DNA from: Octopus sinensis
Taxonomy: Eukaryota
Direction: 5' to 3'
DNA length: 64,000 bases
NCBI RefSeq assembly: GCF_006345805.1
Contig: NC_043005.1
Location: 86,242,001 to 86,306,000 of the forward strand
The position numbers and the translations under genes are program-made. A model generated the notes under the pieces. The model ran no database searches. It was not told the origin of the DNA and saw nothing but the letters and a program-made list of their open reading frames with translations. Below are positions 28,941 to 41,832 of this stretch, one piece after another. How positions within the stretch are numbered: the first letter of the stretch is position 1; every line of letters starts with the position of its first letter.

Positions 28941-28967
28941 TTAGATAAATAAATAAATAGATAGATA
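28846..28967. repeat. (GACA)n(GATA)n microsatellite at the 3' flank of the LINE
   Basis: Direct inspection. Confidence 0.95.
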
Positions 28968-29332
28968 TGTTTCTTTATTAGCCACACAGGGCTGCACACA
29001 GATAGAACAAATTACAAGGTAGAGCTTTTCTTTTGAAGGTTTAAAAAAAAAAAAAGGAAGGGGGAGTTTCGATCAAAAGGGATCGTAAAAGGAGAGAAAG
29101 AGGACAAAAAAAGGGGGGGTTAAAAAAGGGGGGGGAGGAAAAAAAAATTGATCAATAGGGATCGTTATCACAGAAATGTCAATATGAAGTGTAAAGGGGA
29201 GGACAGGTGAGGTTTACCCGTGGAAGGAAAAGCCTACGGAAAAGACCACGGTAACCTCGGTCAATGGAGTCACATGTTATATTTCTTTTTTTTTTTTGCA
29301 AATAAGCAACTCTCTGTTTTCAATTTCTGGGT

Positions 29333-32300
29333 TCATAGGATCATGCTCAAGGTGGCTTCGTCATTCATACGTGCCATTCTTGCTACATTCACCCATCTTT
29401 TTTTAAAACATTCGCTAGACAAAACTTGCCTCTCTACTCTCACTTTCCTTTTCAAGTGGTACTTGAAGAAGTTGATGAGAGATTGACCAGAGAGGAAAGT
29501 GTTTGTCTCCAATCCTTTCAGACGCGTCCACCAGATACATTCTTTCGCCATAGCCACAAGGATGATGAAAATAGCTCTTCCTTCCCGTTTGAAGGAGGGA
29601 GGCGTGACAATATTAACGATAGACTCAGCTGATAAACCGACTCGTCCCACACGTGACAGCAGTTGTTCGACACAAGCCCACAGGTCGGAAATTGTTGGAC
29701 ACTGCACGAGTGCGTGCAGAACGGTTTCGTCGCTCTGACCGCATCTCGGGCAGGTCGGCCCCGTGTTTCTTGAGCCGTGTCTGTAGAGCTTATCCCGAAC
29801 GGGTGGCGCTTCTCGGTAGCACTGCCAGGCCAGGGATCTCTGGAAGTTGTCCATGGGTCCTGGCCCGAAAGTCGTCCTGAACAGGCGGGTCAGGTACTCC
29901 TCGTCGACGTCCAGGTTCGCCCCGAGCTCGTCGTCGTACCTCCCCTCCACTAAACCCCTATAGAATGCTTTGGTTGTGTTGAAGTCACTCAAGGTCGACC
30001 CAGGACGGCAGAGTTGCTTGAGAGCAACGCGACACTCGCGGTGCCATTCGCCCTTCTTCGGCCTCTTTTTGATCCACGACTGCAGTTCGGTCATGGAGAC
30101 GAGCTGCGGGAAAGCGTGCCTCACAAACGGCGACCACACCTGTTCACCGTCGTCTACATAGAGCCAGAGATGTCGCAGTCTCAGCGCGTGTCTGCGCATC
30201 ATCAACCACGGCATGCCCAGCCCTCCTTTTCATGGGTGTTGACAGCAAATGGATCGCCTGACCATCGGGACGCATCCTTTCCACAAGAAGCGAAAGAGAA
30301 TGCGTTGTAGTTTGGTGATGGTAGGGTCGGGACAAGGTACGACGGTCAGGCGATAGTAGATGACGGACGCGATGTACGTGTTCGCCACCTCCGCCCGACC
30401 TTTTAGGGACAGTTTCCTCTCGGCCCATTGCCGGGCGAGAGTGACCACCCTACTCGTTATCTCGTTCCAGTTCTTCTCCACTTGGAGGTCCGGACCAAAC
30501 CAGACCCCGAGCAACTCAACCGGGCCGTCGGTCCAGCGCCCCACGACGAAGGCGCTGGTGGACGGCATGGGCTTGCTTCTCCAGGTGCCTAGTCGCAAGC
30601 CCACTGACTTTTCCCGGTTGATTTTCGCTCCTGTCACCGCTTCGTAGTTTTTCAGTGTCTCACCGACCTGCTCGATGTGCTCGTGGCTAGACACTATGAC
30701 GGTGACGTCGTCCGCGTATGCAGACACGCTCGTCCCGCATCCCAGTTCTCGCGGGATGCCTCTCAAGGTTGCCAGCTTCCGCAATAATGGCTCGAGAGTC
30801 AATACGTATAGAAGCGACGACAGGGGGCATCCCTGACGGACCGAACGTGCGATGTCGAAGGGTCTCGATAGATGTCCATTCACGCGAATTACCGAACGGA
30901 TGCCTCTGTACAAAGCGGCTATCCAGCCGCGGAAGACGGGACCGAAGCCAGCCGCTCCGAGGACCGCCTCCAAGTATCGATGGTCCACCCTATCGAAAGC
31001 TTTCGATTGATCCAAATTGATCAGCGCCCCACCCATGCCAGGTTCGTTAACTACCCTGTCTATGATGTAGCGCATCAGGTGGAGGTTGTTATGGATGGTC
31101 CGGCCTGGCACGGCGCATGTTTGCGCCCTGTCGACCAGTTTCTCGATGACAAGCGCCAACCTCTTGGCTAGCACCTTGGCCAAAATTTTCAAGTCTGCAT
31201 TAAGCAGAGTGATGGGCCTAAAGTTATCTATTACATTTCCCTTGTTTAGATCTTTCTTCAGCAGTGTTACGGCTCCTCGGCTCACAAAACCAGGAATGCT
31301 CCCGTTTTGCAGCCAGTTGCAGTACACCGCCGCCAAGAGATCTCCAAACAAGTCTGGCATACAATTGTAAAGCTCGTAGGGTAGACCATCCAAACCCGGT
31401 GATTTGTCCCCCGAGCATTCTGCCATCGCTTCCTGCACTTCCGCCGCCGTGATGGCACCTTCGCAGCACCCTGCCTTTCTTGTCGAGAGTCGTGGTAGGC
31501 TATGTAGGTAGGCACTGAAGTCCACCCTACGTTCTTGCCCTCCACTCGTTCCGAACAGTCGGGCAAAATGCTGCTGAAAGGCCTCACACATTTTACTTGG
31601 CTCGAGCAATTCGCGCCCCTGTTCATCTACCAGGGACCGAATGGTGGCTTTGTTGCCCTGTTGCGCCTCTGCCACCCGGGCCTCTCTCGCGACTCCAACA
31701 CCTTCGTTCCTTAGAGCACGCATCCTAGCTCTGACAGCACATCCTTCGTGTTTGGCGTTGAAGTGTTGGTCGAGGGCCAACCTCGCCGCCAAAACGTCGG
31801 ATGCGATGCCGCTTCTAATTGCCTCTTCTAGCTTCTTAACTAGCTCACCCTCTACTCTATTTCTATCTATGGCTAGTGCTTTGCTGTACCTAATCGCTTC
31901 TGCTTTTACTGCTCTCTTGAGGGCAAACCACTATTTGTTGTTGATGATGGTTCCCGTCAAAGCCCTCTTTACTAGTGTGCTAATTCGGTCTCTGAAAACC
32001 TGTCTCGATGGGAAAGACGCGTTTAGTTTCCAGTATCCGGGACCCTGCCTAAGTGTCTTACCTAAGTCTAGCGTACATGTCACAAGTTTGTGATCCGTGT
32101 AGCTGACTATGTGGAATTGTGGACATCCTATGCTATCTCTATCTACTGTCCTACACAGTATCCTATCTAGATACGATCTCGACGACCCGATGCGGTTGCT
32201 CCATGTCCACGTTGGCGCATTCGGGTGGTCTAGTCGGAACCTGTCAGACAGTTGAAAGCGTCTGAGCAGGTCTCTGAGGCATTTGCATCCCCGTCTATTC

Positions 32301-32770
32301 CTATCTCTACCCACGTAGTCTACATGCGTGTCCAAGGTAGCATTCCAATCCCCCACTAAGAGTAAAGGACGAGACGTTCCCAAGAATACTTCTAGACGTT
32401 GAAAGAAATCCGCCCGACCTGTTAAGGGCGGTGCGTAGACTGATACGAGTCGAAAAGCGCACCCATTGCTGCCGTCGACATCCAGAACGACCAGTCTACC
32501 CTCCGGGTCTACGAATATTGTCCTTACTTTGAGATCCAGACTCTTGTGAAAAAGTACCGCGGTGCCACTACCGCCCATTCTCGGCAGACAGGGGGAAAAA
32601 TAAATGTTGAACTGTCCGCCAAACATGGTCTTTAGGGCCCGCGGATTGTGGAGTCTGGTCTCACTTATGGCTATGATTTCTAACTTATGTGACTTTATGT
32701 CATTTAAGAGGTACCCTTGTTTCCAAGGGGACCCCAAGCCACGCGCATTTACACAGCCAATCTTGATCAT
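29333..32770 (-). pseudogene. LINE ORF2 (APE endonuclease + reverse transcriptase + C-terminal zinc finger), 1145 codons with two in-frame stops
   Basis: Track ORFs 31931-32770, 30230-31792 and 29333-30214 are in one frame, split only by TAG (31933-31931) and TGA (30232-30230). Motifs: VNARGL, GDWNA, SYLDRIL, TDHKLV, KSPGLDG, DQSKAFDRV, QGCPLS, YADD, GGLG, CPRC..ETVLHALVQC. Confidence 0.93.
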
Positions 32771-32814
32771 AGTCCTAATGAATTAGAATACAAGTGAAAG
32801 GAACAGAGGGTTAC

Positions 32815-34383
32815 TTACTGCTCGAAAGTTTTTGCTTTCTCCTCCTTTGGTTTGTCCTCGAGGAGATCCCAGTACAGTTTCTTTGTGAGATATTTTTGGC
32901 ATTTACCAACCGCGCTGGGGAAAATGCCTTTGAGTGTGTGGTGCAGACTTTTGGAGATGTGTAATATTTTGATGTGGTCTGGTGGTGTTGTGTATGGGTG
33001 ATTGTTTGTTTTTATGTCATCTGTTATGTTTGTTTTTGATTGGATGTATTCCATCAAATTTGTGTTTTTGGTGTCTATAGCTGTGAGCATGTTTGCTGTA
33101 TATATTTTTGTGGTGTTGGTGTGGCTGTTGTTTGCGTTGGGTTTTGAAATGTCTTCGTGAGATGTATTTCCCCCTGCTTTGTTCGTGTTTGCATTTGGTT
33201 TGGTTGTGTTTCTGCTCTTTATTTTCCTTCTTTTTGTAGCTATTTGCCATTCCTCACTGGTTTCGTCTTCCGACGAAATTTCTGAGGAATCAGTAGGGGG
33301 TAGGGGTATGTTGTGGGCTTCTATGTATGTCTGTGTAAGTGGTTGTGTTGTTGTTTTCGTTGTTGTTGGTTGTTGAGTGTTTGTGTGTGTTGAGTGCGGT
33401 ATAAGGGATGGGGGATCAGTTTGTGTGGTTTTCTTTGTTTTTCTGTTCCTTTGGGTTTTGCTGTTGTTGGTGGTGTTGGTATTTTTTCAGGTGTTGAGTG
33501 GTTTTTGGTTGATGACGGATTAGCTTGGTGTGTTTCTCTTGTCGTCTTCTGTGTTGATGGTGGTGTGGGTAGTAGAGCTTTTTTTCCGGAGTGCTTTGGT
33601 TGTGGTAGTGGTTGTTGTTATTGCTCTTGGTGTGCAGTGGTTGGGCACGTCTTTTTCAAGTGTGTTTCGCTTCCACACAAATAGCAGCGTGGTCGCCTGC
33701 CCTCCACCCCTATATAGAGTTTGTAGCCTCCTGGCAGTTCTATAGCGGTGGGTATCTTCTCTCTTGCTGCTTCATCCAATTGAAGCAGGAATTCGATTGA
33801 TTTGCCCGCATAGTCTTTCTCTCCTAGAACCGCGATTTCCAGGATGTTTGTCTCTGACATTGTCTCTGTCATTTCAAAGCAGATGGCAGAGACCAACCAT
33901 TGTGTTTCGACTTCAAATGGTATGTTTTTTATTTGGACTTTCGTGACCCTTTTGTTTAAATAGGCTGGTATCATTACCAAGTCGTCCGAATGCAGCTCCA
34001 ATGTGGAAAAACGTTTTGCTAAACTTTCGTTGAGGAAACGTACTTGGACTGTACCAAATTTGTTTCCCCAACTGATATATTCCCTGGAGTCCCATGCAGG
34101 ACGAAGGCATTTTTCGATTTTTTCCTGCGGTGCATTTTCTGTTCTTCTTGTTTTCTTGTTTATTACTTTATAAATTATTGTTTTTTTTGTGTGTGTTTTC
34201 CACGATGTGTTGTGGAATGTGAAGGTGCAATTTGTCTCCTTCTTTGGAGAAGAGTGCCTTTGTGTGGTTTATCTCTTGTGTGGTGAATGTTACAATTGTT
34301 CTTTTTTGTTTTGTTACGTCCGCAAAATTCGTTTTGAATTTGGCAGTAGAAGTGTTAATTGTGGCAGTGTTAATTGAAGTCAT
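32815..34383 (-). pseudogene. LINE ORF1 (gag-like, RRM-like region and CX2CX4HX4C knuckle), disrupted
   Basis: Reconstructed as FADVTK...KFGTVQVRF...VTKVQIKNIP...CYLCGSETHLKKTC...KRRKIK...KTFEQ*. Lesions: +1 in the A8 run at 34181-34188, TAA at 33620-33618, and a second frameshift between 33324 and 33519. The frame is also open upstream to the element end. Confidence 0.8.
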
Positions 34384-34497
34384 GGTAGTGGTGTTGGTGT
34401 TGGCGGTATTAGCAGCAGAAGGCTTGGATGTAGCATTTGACGTCGTAGTAGTGGTGTTGGTGTTGGCGGTGTTGTCTTTGGTAGGCGGCTTTGTGCC

Positions 34498-34786
<289 letters not shown>

Positions 34787-35539
34787 GTTACATATATATC
34801 ATGTTCTTTTCTTCTACACGCATTTCAATCATTGGGCTGTGGCTATGCCTCATCATGGATTCGAAAAAAATCACTCCCAGAGCCTTTTAGTTGAATGTTC
34901 ATGAAGGTGGTCTGAAATCCATTCTTGCATTACATAAGACAATGCGTATGGAAGATCGAACGACGTGTCTTTCATTACTTACCAACTCAAAGCATCATAC
35001 ATCCTAAAAATTCAGTTTAAATTATTCTTGGGACATTAGAAGCATCTGCTCATAACTATGTACCTGTTCTTTTAGTGATTTTCTCATGGGAAAAAACCCA
35101 AGGCACGCTATGTTCATAAGGGATTTTTACCTTGTTCAGTAACAACGTGGCAGTGATTAAATGCCTTTCTGGTATCTTTGCAGGCATACATTGGCCTCCC
35201 ATTAAATAAGTCATATATCGAATGTCCTCAGGCACCATAGTCATGACAGTCCATCCTGATATTTAATGTTCTCTGACAATGGTTCTCATCTATGATCCGA
35301 GACCATAATCAAAGTATTGAAACCGTCGGGTAAATTATGCAGTCCTTATCTGAACATTTAGAACAGTTTGCCCTCTTTGAGAATAGTGGATACATATCAA
35401 CCTAAAGCTTCTCATTCCATTACCCGAATCTTCTGAATGAAATGTTCTTGCAATTTTTAAGTTATTGTGTTCCGTACATGTGGCAAAAAGTAGTGTGTTT
35501 TCCTTTAAAATCCCAATTCCTTTACACATTACATACATA

Positions 35540-35608
<69 letters not shown>

Positions 35609-36888
35609 AGGCACGAGTGGCTCTGTGGCAAGAAACTTTCTTCCCACCTGGTTCCAGGTTCAGACCCACTGCGTGGTACGTTGCGCGAGTGTCTTCTACC
35701 ATTTACAGTTTTAGTATCTTGGTCGGTGTTGATGCTGGCGCAATTGAGAAGTTTGTAGTAATGGCTTTCTTCTGACTTAAATTTCTGTATTCTTCCTTCT
35801 TTTCCTTCTTCTCCTCTTTGCTTTCCCCAATTTAAGATAATCAAGGAGCTTTACCTATGCTTGTATTTTTAGTTATTTCATAAGTTCTGAGATAATCTTA
35901 TGCAGACATGTTATCGGATTTAGGAATATAAATTCAACTGATTTTGTTGTGGCTGTGGCTTAAAATAAATAACCCTAACATACTCCGCTCGTAACATCTT
36001 GTGAACACTGACATGGTGTGATTAGAATTTCAATAATCGCTTATATACGTGTACGATGCACCGTAGCCTTACGAAGTAAGTTTGTAGGTCAGGTCATACA
36101 TAAATAAATTATGGTATTTAATCTGTTGGATTTAAGCAATGCTTAGAATACTGTGATGAAGAAAGTAATGAATAAATTTGAAGAAAATATTGGTTTCAAC
36201 TTTCTATACAAAGCTAGCGATATCGATGGTATGTGTTAAGTCGATGGCATCGACAGCAGAGCTGGAGTAAAATTTATTTTATCGATCTCCAAACGATGAA
36301 AAGCAATTCTAAACTCGATGGAATTTGACTTCGGAACTTAAGCACGGACGAAATGCAGTTAAGCATTTTACTCGGTGTGCTAACCATTCTGTCAGTTCCC
36401 ACTGCATTTTTGGGGCAGGAGTAAGTCGACCCTACTGCTCAACTGTTACTCTTTTATCGACCTCAAATTGATGAAAGGCAAAGTCGACCTTGGAAGTATC
36501 CGAATTCTGTAAGCAAAGAAAGACGAAACGCAGCTAAGCATTTAGCTACGGATTTTTCGTGATCGCCGCCTTGAAGTTAAAGCAAAGTGTTAAAATGCAT
36601 CTCGATGTAGTGTAATGAAGTAGATTTTGTTGTATATGTGTAGGATCATTATGCTAATAAACTCTCACACTGGTTCTCTTTCACTTCTATATTATTTGTG
36701 TGACAATTGGTTAATCATTTAAATAGTAATATAATATATCTCTTATTCAAACAGTTATGTGTGTCAAAACCCGTTCGGCGCCATTTGTGACATCTTCAAT
36801 GGTATGACGCCCTACCATTTTCAGCATGACTTCTTTCTGATGCCCGTGAAACACGGTGGTTGCTTGTCCATATTGTAATTTTATTTAA

Positions 36889-37286
36889 ACTAGTAGTATC
36901 GCCCGGCGTTGCTCGGGTTTGTAAGGGAAATAACTATATAAGCATTTTAGAGATGTAAAGTATAATAGCCATCTCAATATGGCTAACCACAAAGGCGGGG
37001 TGTTACTGTAGCTTTTTACGTTCTGAGATTTAATAAAACATTTTTAGAGAGTTACTTCCCTTATATATGCCAAAAATGCATTAAAAAATGGAAAAAATGG
37101 AATGTAATTTTTTTTTTAAATCGTAGACTCATCGTAGACGCGCGCTAATACACAGAAGGGCTCGATATGAATCATGACTATAAGATACCCGGTTTTGGTT
37201 AAACTGCACCGCAAAATGTTGGAGTAGTTAGGAATCTAAATCGTAGGAGACAGACAGCACACAACCTCTGTTTTATATATAAAGAT
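36889..37286 (+). mobile_element. non-autonomous Helitron/Helentron-like element (Lep1/HINE-type ends)
   Basis: Starts ACTAGTAGTATCGCCCGGCGTTGCTCGGG (hairpin) and ends GACAGACAG...TTTTATATATAAAGAT. Confidence 0.65.
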
Positions 37287-37616
37287 ATGGAGAGTGAATG
37301 TATTGAAATAAGGATAACTCAGAAACAATATTGTTCCTTCTGCCACGAATGAGAAAATATATAAGGAATATTTAAATAGATATAAAAATTCTTTCGTAAG
37401 AGAGAGACATGACAAGAAGAAAATAGTGAATGGAACGCAAAGTTTCAAAGAAAAGATTATAAGCTGCACAAAATCACAAACATACACAAACACAGACACA
37501 CACACGCATACACATGCACATACACACGCACACACGGACGCACATACACATACAAATACGGATCATATAAATACATGTTTATATATGTGTATATAATACG
37601 TGCATACTTATATATG

Positions 37617-37935
37617 AAGGCGCGTGGCTTAGTGGTTAGGGCATTCGGCTCACGATTGTAAGGTCGTGAGTTCGATTCCCGGCGACCCGTTGAGTTCTTG
37701 AGCAAGACACTTTATTTCACGTTGCTCCAGTCCACTCATCTGGCAAAAATGAGTTCTACCTGTATTTCAAAGGCCAGCCTTGTCACACTCTGTGTCACGC
37801 TGAATCTTCATGAGAACTACATTAAAGGTACACGTGCCTGTGGAATGATCAGCCACTCACACGATCATTTTACGAGCTGGCTGTTCCGTTGATCATATCA
37901 GCTGGGACCTTTGTCGACGTAACCGACGTAGTGCT
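37617..37935 (+). mobile_element. CORE-like tRNA SINE with family B tail
   Basis: TGGCTTAGTGG A-box, GTTCGATTCC B-box, CTTGAGCAAGACACTTTA and a family B 3' end. Confidence 0.8.
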
Positions 37936-38452
37936 CCTTTTTGTTACATATATATACAACATATATATATCGGGCAACTGCTTCAAAACCTCTAGATTCT
38001 ATATATAAATTACAAATTTACATCAGTACCACTGGAGCACTTGGCTTTGTGATTAAATGACTAACTGATAAACAAGATAAGCTGGGGGTTTTCAAAACAA
38101 GTGTCCCAAACAACTTGTATATTACAAATACAATTTTTTAACGGAACAGTAAGAGTTTAAAATGTCAAATTTAAAATGTTACAGTGTTTTTATTATCTAC
38201 ATTCCGACGATCGATGGGGCATTGTATCATTGTTAGAAACCAGCTCCCTCTACAGGGCATGAACTTACATAATTAAAAACAGAAAAGAACATAAATACAT
38301 ATTATATATGTATGCATGTATATATATATATATCACGTGATCACGTGACTGACCAGACCATCAGATGTTGTTACATATAGCTGGTCACAATGCGTTCGCA
38401 TTGTTTTAGCCTTCGAATGACGCCACCCCGCTGGCTAAGCGAGCTGGGCATG

Positions 38453-38483
<31 letters not shown>

Positions 38484-38499
38484 TATATATATATACACG

Positions 38500-38544
<45 letters not shown>

Positions 38545-38797
38545 TTGGGCGTGTATGTATAATTATGTACATGTTGTGAATGTATATATATATATATATA
38601 TTATATATATACTAAGCAATAAGGGTTCAGCAACGAATTGCCTTACCACATACCGAATTTAGAAATAGCAGTCAAAGGGTTATAGCTATTTCTTCTACTA
38701 AAAAGGGAGATCTCAGTAAAAACAGCAATTGGAAGGCTGACACAAACAGGTAAGAGAGAATGATTAACCGCAATCTATCAAACATTTTTAAAAGTTA

Positions 38798-38904
38798 TCC
38801 ACGGACGTACGTTTCGAAATCAAGTTTTAGGAAAGCATAAGAATTAAAATATTAAATATTAAATAATTCTATCTTACCGAAACTTCTTTTCTCTTCAGCG
38901 TGGA
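38798..38904 (-). ncRNA. type I hammerhead ribozyme, array unit 1
   Basis: UCCACG-CUGAAGA-76-nt stem II-GAAA-CGUACG-UC-CGUGGA; C17 at 38804. Confidence 0.8.
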
Positions 38905-39398
38905 ATACTATAATCATAAATGATTATATGTTGAATTTTGAGATACTAGGAGGCACCAACTCAACTCAGTATCAGAGCGAGCTAGAATCCTCAACTAGTA
39001 TCACCGAATTCAAATTTGTGAATGAAACGATTGTGTCAACAGCCCCTTCCCACCCGCGTGTAGCCAAAACAAGATGCTGTAGTCATCTACTGAGATAAAA
39101 TATGGTTATCCGTAATAATGAAGGGTGAAATTAATTAATTTGGAATAATTATCAATTACACCAGTAGTCTTCGGCATGTAAAAGCCTCATTTGAGGAAAA
39201 TTTAAGTAATACTAAGCAATAAGGGTTCAGCAACGAATTGCCTTACCACATACCGAATTTAGAAATAGCAGTCAAAGGGTTATAGCTATTTCTTCTACTA
39301 AAAAGGGAGATCTCAGTAAAAACAGCAATTGGAAGGCTGACACAAACAGGTAAGAGAGAATGAATTAACCGCAATCTATCAAACATTTTTAAAAGTTA

Positions 39399-39507
39399 TC
39401 CACGGACGTACGTTTCGAAATCAAGTTTTAGGAAAGCATAAGAATTAAAATATTAAATATTAAATAATTCTATCTTACCGAAACTTCTTTTCTCTCTTCA
39501 GCGTGGA
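39399..39507 (-). ncRNA. type I hammerhead ribozyme, array unit 2 (extra GA after the core)
   Basis: Same motif with a 2-nt insertion next to stem II; C17 at 39405. Confidence 0.7.
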
Positions 39508-39997
39508 ATACTATAATCATAAATGATTATATGTTGAATTTTGAGATACTAGGAGGCACCAACTCAACTCAGTATCAGAGCGAGCTAGAATCCTCAACTA
39601 GTATCACCGAATTCAAATTTGTGAATGAAACGATTGTGTCAACAGCCCCTTCCCACCCGCGTGTAGCCAAAACAAGATGCTGTAGTCATCTACTGAGATA
39701 AAATATGGTTATCCGTAATAATGAAGGGTGAATTAATTAATTTGGAATAATTATCAATTACACCAAGTAGTCTTCGGCATGTAAACCTCATTTGAGGAAA
39801 ATTTATAATACTAAGCAATAAGGGTTCAGCAACGAATTGCCTTACCACATACCGAATTTAGAAATAGCAGTCAAAGGGTTATAGCTATTTCTTCTACTAA
39901 AAAGGGAGATCTCAGTAAAAACAGCAATTGGAAGGCTGACACAAACAGGTAAGAGAGAATGAATTAACCGCAATCTATCAAACATTTTTAAAAGTTA

Positions 39998-40102
39998 TCC
40001 ACGGACGTACGTTCGAAATCAAGTTTTAGGAAAGCATAGAATTAAAATATTAAATATTAAATAATTCTATCTTACCGAAACTTCTTTTCTCTTCAGCGTG
40101 GA
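39998..40102 (-). ncRNA. type I hammerhead, array unit 3 (GAAA reduced to GAA)
   Basis: Same motif with one A missing (mutation or consensus error); C17 at 40004. Confidence 0.6.
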
Positions 40103-40831
40103 ATACTATAATCATAAATGATTATATGTTGAATTTTGAGATACTAGGAGGCACCAACTCAACTCAGTATCAGAGCGAGCTAGAATCCTCAACTAGTATC
40201 ACCGAATTCAAATTGTGAATGAAACGATTGTGTCAACAGCCCCTTCCCACCCGCGTGTAGCCAAAACAAGATGCTGTAGTCATCTACTGAGATAAAATAT
40301 GGTTATCCGTAATAATGAAGGGTGAAATTAATTAATTTTGAATAATTATCATTACACCAAGTAGTCTTCGGCATGTAAAAGCCTCATTTGAGGAAAATTT
40401 AAGTAATACTAAGCAATAAGGGTTCAGCAACGAATTGCCTTACCACATACCGAATTTAGAAATAGCAGTCAAAGGGTTATAGCTATTTCTTCTACTAAAA
40501 AGGGAGATCTCAGTAAAAACAGCAATTGGAAGGCTGACACAAACAGGTAAGAGAGAATGAATTAACCGCAATCTATCAAACATTTTTAAAAGTTATCCAC
40601 GGACGTACGTTTCGAAATCAAGTTTTAGGAAAGCATAAGAATTAAAATATTAAATATTAAATCTTGTTTTGGCTACACGCGGGTGGGAAGGGGCTGTTGA
40701 CACAATCGTTTCATTCACAAATTTGAATTCGGTGATACTAGTTGAGGATTCTAGCTCGCTCTGATACTGAGTTGAGTTGGTGCCTCCTAGTATCTCAAAA
40801 TTCAACATATAATCATTTATGATTATAGTAT

Positions 40832-40938
40832 TCCACGCTGAAGAGAAAAGAAGTTTCGGTAAGATAGAATTATTTAATATTTAATATTTTAATTCTTATG
40901 CTTTCCTAAAACTTGATTTCGAAACGTACGTCCGTGGA
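40832..40938 (+). ncRNA. type I hammerhead ribozyme, inverted unit 1
   Basis: Stem I 40832-37/40933-38, CUGAAGA 40838-44, stem II 40845-40920, GAAA 40921-24, GUC with C17 at 40932. Confidence 0.82.
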
Positions 40939-41435
40939 TAACTTTTAAAAATGTTTGATAGATTGCGGTTAATTCATTCTCTCTTACCTGTTTGTGTCAG
41001 CCTTCCAATTGCTGTTTTTACTGAGATCTCCCTTTTTAGTAGAAGAAATAGCTATAACCCTTTGACTGCTATTTCTAAATTCGGTATGTGGTAAGGCAAT
41101 TCGTTGCTGAACCCTTATTGCTTAGTATTACTAAATTTTCCTCAAATGAGGCTTTTACATGCCGAAGACTACTTGGTGTAATTGATAATTATTCCAAATT
41201 AATTAATTTCACCCTTCATTATTACGGATAACCATATTTTAATCTCAGTAGATGACTACAGCATCTTGTTTTGGCTACACGCGGGTGGGAAGGGGCTGTT
41301 GACACAATCGTTTTTCATTCACAAATTTGAATTCGGTGATACTAGTTGAGGATTCTAGCTCGCTCTGATACTGAGTTGAGTTGGTGCCTCCTAGTATCTC
41401 AAAATTCAACATATAATCATTTATGATTATAGTAT

Positions 41436-41542
41436 TCCACGCTGAAGAGAAAAGAAGTTTCGGTAAGATAGAATTATTTAATATTTAATATTTTAATTCT
41501 TATGCTTTCCTAAAACTTGATTTCGAAACGTACGTCCGTGGA
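41436..41542 (+). ncRNA. type I hammerhead ribozyme, inverted unit 2
   Basis: CUGAAGA 41442-48, GAAA 41525-28, C17 at 41536. Confidence 0.82.
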
Positions 41543-41832
41543 TAACTTTTAAAAATGTTTGATAGATTGCGGTTAATTCATTCTCTCTTACCTGTTTTTG
41601 TCAGCCTTCCAATTGCTGTTTTTACTGAGATCTCCCTTTTTAGTAGAAGAAATAGCTATAACCCTTTGACTGCTATTTCTAAATTCGGTATGTGGTAAGG
41701 CAATTCGTTGCTGAACCCTTATTGCTTAGTATTACTTAAATTTTCCTCAAATGAGGCTTTTACATGCCGAAGACTACTTGGTGTAATTGATAATTATTCC
41801 AATTAATTAATTTCACCCTTCATTATTACGGA

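Larger units (their letters stand above)
28968..34497 (-). mobile_element. near-full-length Tx1-clade (L1 group) non-LTR retrotransposon
   Basis: ORF1 with a CCHC knuckle, ORF2 APE-RT-zinc finger, pyrimidine-rich 3' UTR, AATAAA at 28979-28974; (GATA)n on both flanks. Confidence 0.92.

Noticed and set aside
30014-32093. Plus-strand ORFs overlapping the LINE
   Set aside because: Antisense shadows of a GC-rich coding region with no independent motifs.
38609-39210. Helitron concatemer interpretation of the 600-bp unit
   Set aside because: The TACTAAG start resembles HINE ends, but the ACAGAC/TAGAT 3' end is missing; the full hammerhead explains the unit better.
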